From an uncultured Verrucomicrobiae bacterium (GTDB lineage Bacteria > Verrucomicrobiota > Verrucomicrobiia > Chthoniobacterales > UBA10450): a DNA stretch of 64,000 bases. The translations under genes and the position numbers were made by a program. Of this stretch, positions 1-9,285 are shown one piece after another (position 1 is the stretch's first letter; each line of letters starts with the position of its first letter). A model generated the notes under the pieces. The model was not told the origin of the DNA. It searched no databases and saw only the letters and a list, made by a program, of their open reading frames with translations. Location: the NCBI GenBank assembly GCA_963815455.1, contig CAWFGO010000001.1, forward strand, positions 64,001 to 128,000, written 5' to 3'.

Positions 1-134
1 CCGAATAGAACATCGACAAGTTGTTCCTCCGTCGCCGTTACTTCGTTTGGCGCCCGTTCGTATTCGGCGAGATCGCGAATAAGTTGGAGAATTGTCGGCA
101 CATCGTTTCGCGTGGCTGTTTTTATTGTGATCAT
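1..134 (-). CDS. GNAT N-acetyltransferase (diamine acetyltransferase-like), 5' part only; runs off window edge
   Basis: Manual translation MITIKTATRNDVPTILQLIRDLAEYERAPNEVTATEEQLVDVLF; GGAG RBS upstream; not in ORF track because truncated. Confidence 0.8.
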   Translation of the reverse strand, partial: MITIKTATRNDVPTILQLIRDLAEYERAPNEVTATEEQLVDVLF

Positions 135-279
135 TTTAAAATCTCCAAGTTCGTTTTGCTCTCGGCTTACCCTCCGCGAGCTCGTGGACACAATCCACTT
201 CCCAGCCAGATATTACCGGCCTAATGCAAGCGCGTCTTGACAAACGGCATCCGCGAAGTCAATCGAGTACGTGTCCCGA

Positions 280-813
280 ATGAAAATGGCCGCAAATCTC
301 TTGCTCGCGGGGCTGCTCGTTTTGGCCGCCGCCGGAATGATGGCCCAGGATGAGCCGAGGCTCGTGCCGGACGTTGTCGATTATCAGAAGTTGATTCCCA
401 TTTTGCCAAAGGCGCCTGAGGGATGGACCGCGGACGAACCGGAAGGATCGACAGAGGACGTGGGCGGATTCAGGATCACCAACGTGCATCGCGATTATCG
501 CAAAGGCGAAGGCGATAAAGCGCCGACGGTCGCGATCAGCGTTCTCGATTCGGTCTCCAATCCCGATTACGTGACCGCGACCAGCGCGAGCTGGAATCGA
601 AACAGTGAAACCCCCGAGGGCTACAGCAAGTCGGTCACGATCGATGGCCACCCGGGATTTGAAGCCTACGAAAAAGAGCAAAAACATGCATCGCTCTGGG
701 TGATGATCGCGAACCGTTACTTTGTGCAGATCGAACTGCAAAACCAGGATCCCAAGGAGCTGCAGGAATGGATCAAGCGAGTCGATCTCAAAAAACTCGC
801 CGGGATCAAATGA
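280..813 (+). CDS. Secreted hypothetical protein
   Basis: Hydrophobic signal peptide (LLLAGLLVLAAAGMMA-QD); start 271, 280 or 286 uncertain. Confidence 0.7.
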   Translation: MKMAANLLLAGLLVLAAAGMMAQDEPRLVPDVVDYQKLIPILPKAPEGWTADEPEGSTEDVGGFRITNVHRDYRKGEGDKAPTVAISVLDSVSNPDYVTATSASWNRNSETPEGYSKSVTIDGHPGFEAYEKEQKHASLWVMIANRYFVQIELQNQDPKELQEWIKRVDLKKLAGIK

Positions 814-875
814 ACGTGAGAGTGCGCCTGCGGGCCGGTCATGGACAGGGAAGTTTCTTGCGTCGTGTAACGCTT

Positions 876-1145
876 GTCATCCCGAACCGCGAAGACGGCG
901 AGGGACCTCGCGTCCGTAGTCCACGTTTTCTATTTCCTAGAAGCCAAGCCATTTCATAAATGGCGTCTTACGTTGTAGCCACGACAGCGGAGCGTGCCCT
1001 GAGCGGCAGTCGAATGGGTCGCCGTGTTCCGAGGCCGGAGACGCCCCGACAAAGCGGGGCGGCTACAGCGGGAATATTATGAGATCGCTCGCTTCTAGTG
1101 CGATCAATCGACTCGTGTGAGGTCCTTCACTTCGTTCAGGATGAC
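876..1145. repeat. GTCAT...ATGAC palindromic element (family A) containing nested elements
   Basis: Ends gtcatcccgaac / gttcaggatgac; internal CTAG-ended inverted repeat 937-1098 and TGTAG...CTACA element 974-1067. Confidence 0.75.
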
Positions 1146-1202
1146 AGATCGTCGAAAAGCGCGGGCGGCCGCTCGTAGCGGCGGAATCACAGCAACATCC
1201 GA

Positions 1203-1967
1203 GTGAAAATCGCGTCCTGGAACATCAATTCGTTGCGTAAACGCCAGGACCGTCTCTTCGCCTGGCTGGAAAGTTCGAAGCCGGACGTCGTTTGTTTGCA
1301 GGAAACCAAATGCAGCGACGATCAATTTCCCGTGCTCGCTTTGCAGGGCGCCGGTTATCATTCCGCGTATCACGGCGAGAAATCGTATAACGGGGTGGCG
1401 ATTCTTTCGAAAATGGAACCGCAAGAGGTGCGCGTGTCCCTCTGCGATGAAGTTGTCGATCCTCAAGCGCGCGTGATTTCGGCGAAGATCGACAATATTC
1501 GCGTGTTCTCCATTTACGCGCCAAATGGTCAGGCCGTCGGGTCGCCCGCCTATCACTACAAGCTCGATTGGTTCCGGCGGCTGCGCGATTGTCTGGCCAG
1601 GGAAAATTCTCTCGATCTTCTCGTGTGCGGCGATTTCAACGTCGCGCCCGAGGATGTCGATGTTCACGCACCCGATTTGTGGCGCGGCGCGATCATGTGT
1701 TCGGTCAAGGAACGACGGGCGTTCCAAGAACTAGGCAGGATCGGATTGCGCGACACTTTCCGGCTTCATCATCCCGAGGGCGATCTTTTCAGCTGGTGGG
1801 ATTACCGAATGCTCGCGTTTCCAAAAAACCGCGGCTTGCGCATCGACGCCATCCTGGCCGGCGAACCGTTGGCGAAAAAATGTTCCGATGCCGGAATCGA
1901 TCGGGAAATGCGCAAAGGAAAAGAACCTTCCGATCACGCCCCGGTTTGGGCACAATTCGAATTGTAG
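1203..1967 (+). CDS. xth: Exodeoxyribonuclease III
   Basis: MKIASWNINS, CLQETK, GDFNVAP, SWWDYR, GLRID, SDHAPV motifs. Confidence 0.95.
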   Translation: MKIASWNINSLRKRQDRLFAWLESSKPDVVCLQETKCSDDQFPVLALQGAGYHSAYHGEKSYNGVAILSKMEPQEVRVSLCDEVVDPQARVISAKIDNIRVFSIYAPNGQAVGSPAYHYKLDWFRRLRDCLARENSLDLLVCGDFNVAPEDVDVHAPDLWRGAIMCSVKERRAFQELGRIGLRDTFRLHHPEGDLFSWWDYRMLAFPKNRGLRIDAILAGEPLAKKCSDAGIDREMRKGKEPSDHAPVWAQFEL

Positions 1968-1985
1968 CGGCGGTCTCCGACCGTC
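1963..1985 (+). repeat. GTAG-type REP overlapping xth stop codon
   Basis: tgtagcggcggtctccgaccgtc; 21/23 identical to the reverse complement of 3243-3265. Confidence 0.7.
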
Positions 1986-1992
1986 GCCCTAG

Positions 1993-3846
1993 ATGAAATC
2001 TAATATCCACGTCTCAAATCTCCCGCCCAAACCGCTCCTGATCTGGGATGGCGACTGCCACTTTTGCAAACATTGGATTGAGCGCTGGCGCGAGATCACC
2101 GGCGGCAAAATCGACTACGCCACTTATCAGGATTTTGCCGACCGTTTCCCAGAAATTCCGCGCGCCCAATTTGAGCGCTCCGTTGTGTTCATCGACCAGA
2201 ACGGCAAAGCATTTTTCGCCGCCGAGGCCGTTTATCGCTCGTTGGGATGTCGATCTTCCCGAAGATGGATGGCCTGGAGTTACGATCATGTTCCAGGATT
2301 CGCCGCCGTCTCCGAGGCGGCCTACAAACTTATCGCGCGTCATCGCGGTTTCGGTTCGGCTGTTACCCGATTGCTCTGGGGAAACGATGTCCGGCCACCG
2401 ACTTATTTTTGGGCGAGAAAATGGTTTCTGCGCGCGCTCGGGTTTGTCTATTTGATCGCCTTTGCTTCGCTTTGGGTACAGGTGGACGGCCTCATCGGGG
2501 CAAACGGAATCTGGCCGATTAAAGAGGTTCTGCCTGTGGCTCAGGCGCAGCTTGGCTCGCATGCATATTCCCTTCTTCCTACCCTTTGCTGGTTCAATGC
2601 GAGCGACGGTTTTCTCCATTTCCTGTGCGGTGGCGGCGTTGTTTTTTCATTGATCCTGATTGCCGAAATCGCGCCGGCAATTTCGCTAATCGTCCTTTTT
2701 GTTTTTTATCTGTCGCTCACCATTGCCGGCCAGACGTTCCTGAATTTTCAATGGGACGTGCTCCTGCTCGAGATCGGATTCCTGTCGATCTTCTTCGCTC
2801 CGTGGCGAATTTGGCCGCGGTCAACGCCCGCGGCTACAGCGCCCGTGTCGCGCGCGGGTTTGTTCTTGCTCAAGTTTCTTCTGTTCAAATTGATGCTGAT
2901 GTCAGGTGTCGTGAAACTGACCAGCGGCGATGATTCCTGGTGGAACCTGACCGCGCTCGATTACCATTACTGGTCGCAACCGTTGCCGACAGTTTTTGCC
3001 TGGTGGGCCGACAAGAGCCCGGAATGGTTCAAACATTTTTCCGTCGCGTTTTGCCTGGTAGTCGAAATCGTCGTCCCGTTTTTCATTTGGGCCCCGCGAC
3101 GTCCGCGACTGGTTGCGGCCGGTTTGTTGGTCTTTCTGCAAATCGCGATCGCCATCACCGGCAACTATTGCTTCTTCAATTTGCTGACAATCGCATTGTG
3201 TTTGTTGCTGGTTGATGACGCCGCGCTGGGACTGAAAATGCCGGCGGTCAGAGACCGCCGCTACAGTGATAGATTGTCGATCTACGCCGGAGTTGCAGCG
3301 ATTGTAATCACTCTTCCCATCAGCGCGTGGCTGATTTACACGGGCTTTAAACCCGAGGCGCAATGGCCGCGGCCGCTCGAGATTGTTTACGGGCGATTGG
3401 AATCGTTCCGGATTGCTAACGGCTACGGACTCTTTCGGGTGATGACAAAGGATCGACTCGAAATTGTGATCGAAGGCAGTGCCGATGGAGTCGCGTGGCG
3501 GCCGTACGAATTCAAATGGAAACCGGGCGACGTGATGCGCGCGCCGGGATGGTGCGCGCCGCATCAACCGCGCCTGGATTGGCAGATGTGGTTCGCCGCG
3601 CTGGGGACGCCACAAAACAATCCATGGTTAGCTCGCACGCTCATCTGCTTGCTCCAGGGCAAGCGCGACGTGGAAGAGCTCTTTGCCCGAAATCCGTTTC
3701 CGGATGCGCCGCCTCATTACATTCGCGCCATGTTCTATCGCTATCGTTTCACGACAGAGCAGGAACGTCAGGAAACCGGCGCGTGGTGGACCCGCCAGGA
3801 ACTGCGCGAATACATGCCGGCATTTTCGCTCGATCAGCTGAGGTAG
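1993..3846 (+). CDS. DCC1/DUF393 thiol-disulfide domain fused to lipase maturation factor (LMF) family membrane protein
   Basis: N-terminal WDGDCHFC (DxxCxxC); LMF motifs FQWDVLLLE, YHYWSQPLP, NYCFFNLLT, HQPRLDWQMWFAAL. Confidence 0.9.
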   Translation: MKSNIHVSNLPPKPLLIWDGDCHFCKHWIERWREITGGKIDYATYQDFADRFPEIPRAQFERSVVFIDQNGKAFFAAEAVYRSLGCRSSRRWMAWSYDHVPGFAAVSEAAYKLIARHRGFGSAVTRLLWGNDVRPPTYFWARKWFLRALGFVYLIAFASLWVQVDGLIGANGIWPIKEVLPVAQAQLGSHAYSLLPTLCWFNASDGFLHFLCGGGVVFSLILIAEIAPAISLIVLFVFYLSLTIAGQTFLNFQWDVLLLEIGFLSIFFAPWRIWPRSTPAATAPVSRAGLFLLKFLLFKLMLMSGVVKLTSGDDSWWNLTALDYHYWSQPLPTVFAWWADKSPEWFKHFSVAFCLVVEIVVPFFIWAPRRPRLVAAGLLVFLQIAIAITGNYCFFNLLTIALCLLLVDDAALGLKMPAVRDRRYSDRLSIYAGVAAIVITLPISAWLIYTGFKPEAQWPRPLEIVYGRLESFRIANGYGLFRVMTKDRLEIVIEGSADGVAWRPYEFKWKPGDVMRAPGWCAPHQPRLDWQMWFAALGTPQNNPWLARTLICLLQGKRDVEELFARNPFPDAPPHYIRAMFYRYRFTTEQERQETGAWWTRQELREYMPAFSLDQLR

Positions 3847-3897
3847 GATCGACAATCGCGCCTTGGCGGGACGAGTGTTAGCGAGTATTCTTCGGCG

Positions 3898-4116
3898 ATG
3901 GCAAAGGAAGATCCCATCGTGGCGGAAGGAACGGTGACTCAGGTGTTGCCGGGCACAATGTTTCGTGTCGATCTTCCCGGCCAGCGCAATGTGCTGGCGC
4001 ACATCTCCGGTAAGATGCGTAAGCATTTCATTCGCATCGTGCCGGGCGACAAGGTCTCGGTGGAGCTTTCCCCTTACGATCTGACCAAGGCGCGGATCAT
4101 CTTTCGCGAACAATAG
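3898..4116 (+). CDS. infA: Translation initiation factor IF-1
   Basis: 72 aa; [30 protein letters not shown]. Confidence 0.97.
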   Translation: MAKEDPIVAEGTVTQVLPGTMFRVDLPGQRNVLAHISGKMRKHFIRIVPGDKVSVELSPYDLTKARIIFREQ

Positions 4117-4253
4117 CTGCCAGGGATACGGCGAAGGTAAGCGCGATCCGCGCGCGATTTTCGTTTCTATATATAAAAGATTTTCTGGCGCAGCGTTTGC
4201 TCAAAATGCCAAGCGCGCGGATATTTAGAGCAACACTAACTGGAGATTGACCA

Positions 4254-4604
4254 ATGCCTGAAGAAAACAAACATCGAGCGACTGGAATGGCAGACGCACA
4301 GAACAAATTCGAGAGCAGCAAGACACACGCACGGAAAGCAGCCGAGGACCTACGTTCGGCCGCCGGCGCAGTGGCCGGTGAATACCGCGGCCGGGCTGAG
4401 GAAGCCTGGGACGAAGCGCGCGGCAAGGCTGAAGAGGCCTGGGGTGAAACCCGGGGCAAAGCCGAACACGCCTGGGGCGAAGCCCGCGAGCGCGTCCGCA
4501 CGTTTCAAGAGGACGCCGAGGAATACGTCCGCGAGAATCCGACCAAGGCGGTTTTCACTGCGCTAGGGATCGGTTTTGTTCTCGGCCTGATTTTCCGGCG
4601 TTAA
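4254..4604 (+). CDS. DUF883/ElaB/YqjD family membrane-anchored protein
   Basis: C-terminal YVRENPTKAVFTALGIGFVLGLIFRR; three 11-aa repeats RG(R/K)AE(E/H)AW. Confidence 0.85.
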   Translation: MPEENKHRATGMADAQNKFESSKTHARKAAEDLRSAAGAVAGEYRGRAEEAWDEARGKAEEAWGETRGKAEHAWGEARERVRTFQEDAEEYVRENPTKAVFTALGIGFVLGLIFRR

Positions 4605-4614
4605 TTCCTCGCTA

Positions 4615-5046
4615 ATGACTGGCGAGACCATGCGGTCCCGCAATCCCGCGGGGCGCGCCGGCTTTTTCAATAATTTGCTGGCGTTCGTTAATGCGCTGGC
4701 TGCATTTATTGAGAGTCGTCTCGCGCTTTTCGCGAAAGAGTCAAAGGCGGCGGTTGGCCAGTTACTGGGCGTGCTGGCCTGCCTCGTTGCGGCACTACTG
4801 TTCCTTGCCGTGGGATACGGCTTCCTGATCGTGGGAGCGATCGCCGGGATCGCCAGGCTCCTCCAAGTACCGTGGCTCTGGGTCGCTCTCGCGGCGGCCG
4901 GTGTGCATTTCGTGCTCGTCCTGATTTTATTGCTGGTCGCGCGCACCCTGATGATAAGGCCGCCGTTTCGTGAGCTGACAGCGGAATTAAAGAAAGATCG
5001 AGAATGGCTAAAGAATCTGGACGAAACAGACCAGTCGACGAACTGA
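4615..5046 (+). CDS. YqjE-like (phage holin family annotation) membrane protein
   Basis: Two TM helices, C-terminal ELKKDREWL, follows YqjD-like gene. Confidence 0.75.
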   Translation: MTGETMRSRNPAGRAGFFNNLLAFVNALAAFIESRLALFAKESKAAVGQLLGVLACLVAALLFLAVGYGFLIVGAIAGIARLLQVPWLWVALAAAGVHFVLVLILLLVARTLMIRPPFRELTAELKKDREWLKNLDETDQSTN

Positions 5047-5378
5047 AAGAAGAGATCGCCGTCTCGCGCGAGGAAGTCTCCCGCAATCTTCGCGGGTTGC
5101 GCTACGAATTGGATTTGCCGCGAAAGATCCGGAACTCATTTCGCGATGAGCCGCTCCCCTGGATTACAACGGCAGCAGCGGTGGGGATTTTCATCGTTCT
5201 AATGGCCACTCGCCGCAAAAGGGCTCACGTTGATGTAAAAGCCCTCGCCAAACCACCCGGCAAACTTCTAACGGTGGGGTTTGCCTTGGGCGCCTTGCGG
5301 ATTGCCGCCGGTTTGCTCAAGCCGGTAATCCTCCGTTTTGTGGAAAAAAAAGTACGAGACTACACAAGCGAATCCTGA
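5004..5378 (+). CDS. Hypothetical membrane protein (third gene of yqjD-yqjE-like cluster)
   Basis: Overlaps previous gene; amphipathic N-terminus then hydrophobic segments. Confidence 0.65.
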   Translation: MAKESGRNRPVDELKEEIAVSREEVSRNLRGLRYELDLPRKIRNSFRDEPLPWITTAAAVGIFIVLMATRRKRAHVDVKALAKPPGKLLTVGFALGALRIAAGLLKPVILRFVEKKVRDYTSES

Positions 5379-5463
5379 AGGAAATCGTAGGGCGCCCTGT
5401 CCAGCGACCCGGATTTTGAGTTTACGCGCGGGCCGCGGCGCGTGATTATCTCGGCACCGCGCA

Positions 5464-6573
5464 ATGATTGCGAAATTTACTGAAAAGACCGGCGCCACCC
5501 AGTCGCATCCGCTGGCCCATGTCGATGACTATTTGGCGATCGGCCAGCAAGCTGGCGCGTCCGATATTCACCTTGGCGTAAATGTCCCGCCGATCTGGCG
5601 ATTGCACGGAACGCTCCAACCGATCTGGCCAGACGCTCCCTCTCTCACCGCAAAACAAACCAAAGCGCTGGCGGAAGGCTTTCTAGCCGACGCACAAAAG
5701 GCTCAGCTGACCGAGCGCGGCGATGCCGATTTTGCCTATGCGAATTCGTTTGGCCGGTTTCGCACGAGCGTGGTGCGCCAACGGCTCGGCGTCGATGTTG
5801 TTTTCCGCATCATCAACACCGCCGTCCGCACGATGGACGAGCTTGGTTTGCCCGAGCACCTCAAACTCCTTACGCGTTATCAGAACGGTCTGATTCTCGT
5901 GACCGGGTCCGTAGGCAGCGGCAAATCGACAACATTAGCCGCGCTGGTCGATCAAATTAACGTCGAACGCCGCGAGCACATCATTACACTGGAGGACCCG
6001 ATCGAGTACATCCTGGAACCGAAAGGATGCCACATCACGCAGCGCGAGGTGCACACGCACACACGTTCGTTCGGGGCCGCGCTGCGCGGCGCACTACGGG
6101 AAGATCCCGATGTGATCATGGTGGGCGAAATGCGCGACCTGGAAACCATCTCGCTCGCCATTACCGCCTCCGAGACCGGCCATCTGGTGTTGGGAACGCT
6201 GCACACCAGCAACGCCTCGCGGACGCTCGACCGCTTGCTGGACGTGTTTCCGGTCGATCAACAGGAACAAATTCGAGTCATGGTGAGCGAATCGTTGCGC
6301 GGAATTATTAGCCAGCAACTGGTGCCGCGTCTCGATGGCCAGGGGCGCGTTCTTGCCCTTGAAATACTAACGAACACGCCGGCCGTGGCCAACGTCATTC
6401 GTGAAGCCAAGACTTTCATGCTGCCTGGCATCATTCAGACCGGCAAGAAACAAGGGATGCAACTAATGGACGATGCCCTTGTCGATCTTTATAGAGGCGG
6501 GCTCATCAGCGCCGAAGAAGCCTACGCCCGGGCCGATCAAAAACAGGAAATGCGGACGCAGCTCGCGAAATGA
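5464..6573 (+). CDS. pilT: Type IV pilus retraction ATPase PilT/PilU family
   Basis: ASDIHL, GSVGSGKSTT, TLEDPIE, ALREDPDVIMVGEMRD, GTLHT. Confidence 0.93.
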   Translation: MIAKFTEKTGATQSHPLAHVDDYLAIGQQAGASDIHLGVNVPPIWRLHGTLQPIWPDAPSLTAKQTKALAEGFLADAQKAQLTERGDADFAYANSFGRFRTSVVRQRLGVDVVFRIINTAVRTMDELGLPEHLKLLTRYQNGLILVTGSVGSGKSTTLAALVDQINVERREHIITLEDPIEYILEPKGCHITQREVHTHTRSFGAALRGALREDPDVIMVGEMRDLETISLAITASETGHLVLGTLHTSNASRTLDRLLDVFPVDQQEQIRVMVSESLRGIISQQLVPRLDGQGRVLALEILTNTPAVANVIREAKTFMLPGIIQTGKKQGMQLMDDALVDLYRGGLISAEEAYARADQKQEMRTQLAK

Positions 6574-6701
6574 CGAAACACGAATGACGAATTACGAAAC
6601 AATGACGAATTACGAAGCCCGAACCTCAGCGTTCGAGCAGACTTCGTCATTCGGATTTCGTTATTCCTTCGTGCTTCGTCATTCGTCATTCGTCATTCAG
6701 T
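6571..6701. repeat. Inverted arrays of degenerate heptamers (GACGAAT / ATTCGTC)
   Basis: tgacgaa...atgacgaattacgaa facing ttcgtcattcgtcattcgtcatt. Confidence 0.8.
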
Positions 6702-6702
6702 C

Positions 6703-7872
6703 ATGGCTTACCTGGATCAATTCCTAAGCGTGATTGTCGATCAAGGCGGGTCCGACTTGCACATTGGCGAAGGGCAACCGCCCAAAATGCGCCGGCATGG
6801 CGACGTGATGCCGATCCGCGAGGAGCCGGTGTTGCGCGACGAGGCGATGTCGATGTTGAGCGAGGTTTGTGGCGAACATAACTGGAAGATCTTCGAGGAC
6901 CGCGGCGATCTCGATTTTGCTTACGAGATGGATCAGAAATCGCGGTTCCGCTGCAATTACCTAATGCAGGCAAACGGTTACGGTGCGGTCTTTCGTTTGA
7001 TTCCGAGAAAAATCGCTACGCTGGAAGAGCTCGGCATTCCCCTGGTGGTCAAGGAATTTGGTCATTTGCGCGGCGGGCTGGTCCTCGTCACCGGCCCGAC
7101 CGGTTCCGGGAAATCGACCACGCTGGCAGCACTGGTCGATTACATTAATGAAAATTTCTCTCGCCACATCGTGACGATCGAAGAGCCGATCGAGTTTGTG
7201 CACGACACCAAGCGCAGTGTCATCACCCAGCGTGAAGTGCCCGGCGATTCGGAATCCTTTCCGACCGCACTGAAGGCCGCGCTGCGCGAGGATGCCGACA
7301 TCGTTCTGGTGGGCGAAATGCGGGACTTGGAAACGATCTCGCTCGCGCTCACGGCCGCGGAGACCGGCCTTCTTGTTTTCGGGACCTTGCACACCAATAA
7401 TGCGCGAAAGACGGTCGATCGCATGGTGGATGTTTTCCCATCGGCCCGGCAAGAGCAGGCCCGTGCCATGCTCGCCAATTCGCTGCGCGGTGTTCTGGCC
7501 CAGTTGCTCTTGAAAAAAGCGGACGGTTCCGGCCGAGTCGCCGTGAATGAGATCTTGATCTCAAATCCCGCGGTCGCGTCCATCATTCGTGAAGGGTCGA
7601 CCCAAAAACTCCAGGACGTGATCGTCTCCGGCAAAAGCCAGGGCATGCAGTTTATGGACGACGCCATTTGGGCGCTGTTGCAACAAGGCATCGTCACACC
7701 GCACGAAGCCTTCATGAAAGCGATCGACAAGAATCGATTTAAGAATTTTTTGCCGCCCGAAGATCAGCATCTCGGCGACGCGGCCGGAGCTGCGCCAGGC
7801 GACGAGAAACGCGCGCCCGGAGACTTCGTCAAGCGCGCTGGCGCCGGTGCCGTTCGCGGGCCACGGCGGTAG
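6703..7872 (+). CDS. pilT: Second PilT/PilU family ATPase
   Basis: GSDLHI, GPTGSGKSTT, ALREDADIVLVGEMRD, GTLHT. Confidence 0.92.
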   Translation: MAYLDQFLSVIVDQGGSDLHIGEGQPPKMRRHGDVMPIREEPVLRDEAMSMLSEVCGEHNWKIFEDRGDLDFAYEMDQKSRFRCNYLMQANGYGAVFRLIPRKIATLEELGIPLVVKEFGHLRGGLVLVTGPTGSGKSTTLAALVDYINENFSRHIVTIEEPIEFVHDTKRSVITQREVPGDSESFPTALKAALREDADIVLVGEMRDLETISLALTAAETGLLVFGTLHTNNARKTVDRMVDVFPSARQEQARAMLANSLRGVLAQLLLKKADGSGRVAVNEILISNPAVASIIREGSTQKLQDVIVSGKSQGMQFMDDAIWALLQQGIVTPHEAFMKAIDKNRFKNFLPPEDQHLGDAAGAAPGDEKRAPGDFVKRAGAGAVRGPRR

Positions 7873-7890
7873 CATTCTCAAACGGCCCGC

Positions 7891-8769
7891 CTAACCGCGG
7901 CGGCGTTTGCGGGCCCGGGCTTCGAGCTGCTGTGCTTTGCGCACTTTGCCGAGTGAGCGCAACAAGTCGGCATAATTCGAGGCGACGATTTCGTAATCTT
8001 CGGGCGGCGTCTCCGTCGTCTCTTCCCAGGTCTCGAGCGACGCGCGATAAAGCTCGGCCGCTTTGGCGTAATCGCCGCGCGAATGATAGACCACGGCGAG
8101 GTTACACTTCGATTGCGCGATGTCGGGGTGCGCCGGCGGCAGTGATTTCTCGCGAATATCCAGCGCGCGCAGATGGATCTTTTCCGCCTCGGCGTATCGG
8201 CGCTCGTTGGTATAAAACACGGCCAGATTATTGAGAACCGACGCGACGTCGGGATGATTTGGCCCGAGCTGTTTCTCGTAGATTTCCAGCGCGTGCAAAT
8301 AATATGGCTCGGCTGCTTTTTGCCGCCCGGATTTGCGAAAAATCAGCGCGACATTGTTGAGCATCGTGCCCAGATCCGAATACGGCAGATCGTCCAGCTC
8401 GGTCCCGGCGGCGATGGCCTTTTCGTAGAAGCGGATCGCTTCTTCCGACTGGCCAAGGTTGTCGCACAAGAAAGCCAGGCGGCGAGCGGACTGAAAAATC
8501 GCGGGACCGTCGGGCACCGTTGCTTTGTCTAAAATGGAATGCGCCTTGAGGAGGTGCGCCTTCGCCGCGGTGCGATCACCGGCTTGATCGAGAAGTTGCC
8601 CAAGCTTTTCGTAACTCAACGCCAGTGAGCCGTCGTTATCGGGAAAGGCGCGCTTGGCCAAGTCGAGCGCGGTTTCGGCAATGCGAATCGCTTCGGGGAG
8701 ACGATTACTGGCGCGAAGGTTGTCGAGCTTGTCGTTGAGAATGACCCATAGCTTTTGCTCGCCTTTCAT
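7891..8769 (-). CDS. Tetratricopeptide repeat protein
   Basis: LGPNHPDVASVLNNLA-type TPR repeats. Confidence 0.85.
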   Translation of the reverse strand: MKGEQKLWVILNDKLDNLRASNRLPEAIRIAETALDLAKRAFPDNDGSLALSYEKLGQLLDQAGDRTAAKAHLLKAHSILDKATVPDGPAIFQSARRLAFLCDNLGQSEEAIRFYEKAIAAGTELDDLPYSDLGTMLNNVALIFRKSGRQKAAEPYYLHALEIYEKQLGPNHPDVASVLNNLAVFYTNERRYAEAEKIHLRALDIREKSLPPAHPDIAQSKCNLAVVYHSRGDYAKAAELYRASLETWEETTETPPEDYEIVASNYADLLRSLGKVRKAQQLEARARKRRRG

Positions 8770-8775
8770 CGAACA

Positions 8776-9285
8776 TCACCAGCCCTCGCTCAATTGACTA
8801 ACCAACCGCGTCGCCAGCTCTTCCGTTGCCAGCGGCAACGCCTGGCGTTCATCCGTGGTCACGTCCGTGCCGACGAAGAAACTCGTCGTGCCAACCGCTT
8901 CGGCAGGCGGCGCCAGCGGCTTTCCGTCGCGACCGACCAGCGTGTATCTCACGCGCATGTTTAGGTTGAATTCGGTCGTGGCGAGCACGTTGCCACGCAC
9001 CGAACGCGCCGGGGAACGGCCGATGTGAATGATATCGCCTTTCAACGTCGCATCGGCGTTTTCATCGCTGGCAATCCGAAATGTGCCATCTTGTTGAAAC
9101 TGCTTGATCACTGTGGATGTAAGTAATACTTCGATCCGCGGGATCAGCGTGGAGTTCTTGAAAGTCGGCACTGCAATCGAGTGAATCTCGCGGAGGTAGT
9201 AAGGTTTCGCCGGGCCGATGTGATAGCCCAGGCAACCGGTTAGGCACAAGCCGGAGATAATGATTGCCCCTGAGAAAGCTTTCAC
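8776..9285 (-). CDS. lptE: LPS assembly lipoprotein LptE family
   Basis: Lipobox-like LTGC followed by GYH; IAVPTFKN; downstream of bamD. Confidence 0.8.
   Translation of the reverse strand: MKAFSGAIIISGLCLTGCLGYHIGPAKPYYLREIHSIAVPTFKNSTLIPRIEVLLTSTVIKQFQQDGTFRIASDENADATLKGDIIHIGRSPARSVRGNVLATTEFNLNMRVRYTLVGRDGKPLAPPAEAVGTTSFFVGTDVTTDERQALPLATEELATRLVSQLSEGW

Noticed and set aside
4615..5046. Phage holin indicating a prophage
   Set aside because: Context is the ordinary yqjD-yqjE-like membrane cluster, with no endolysin or structural genes.
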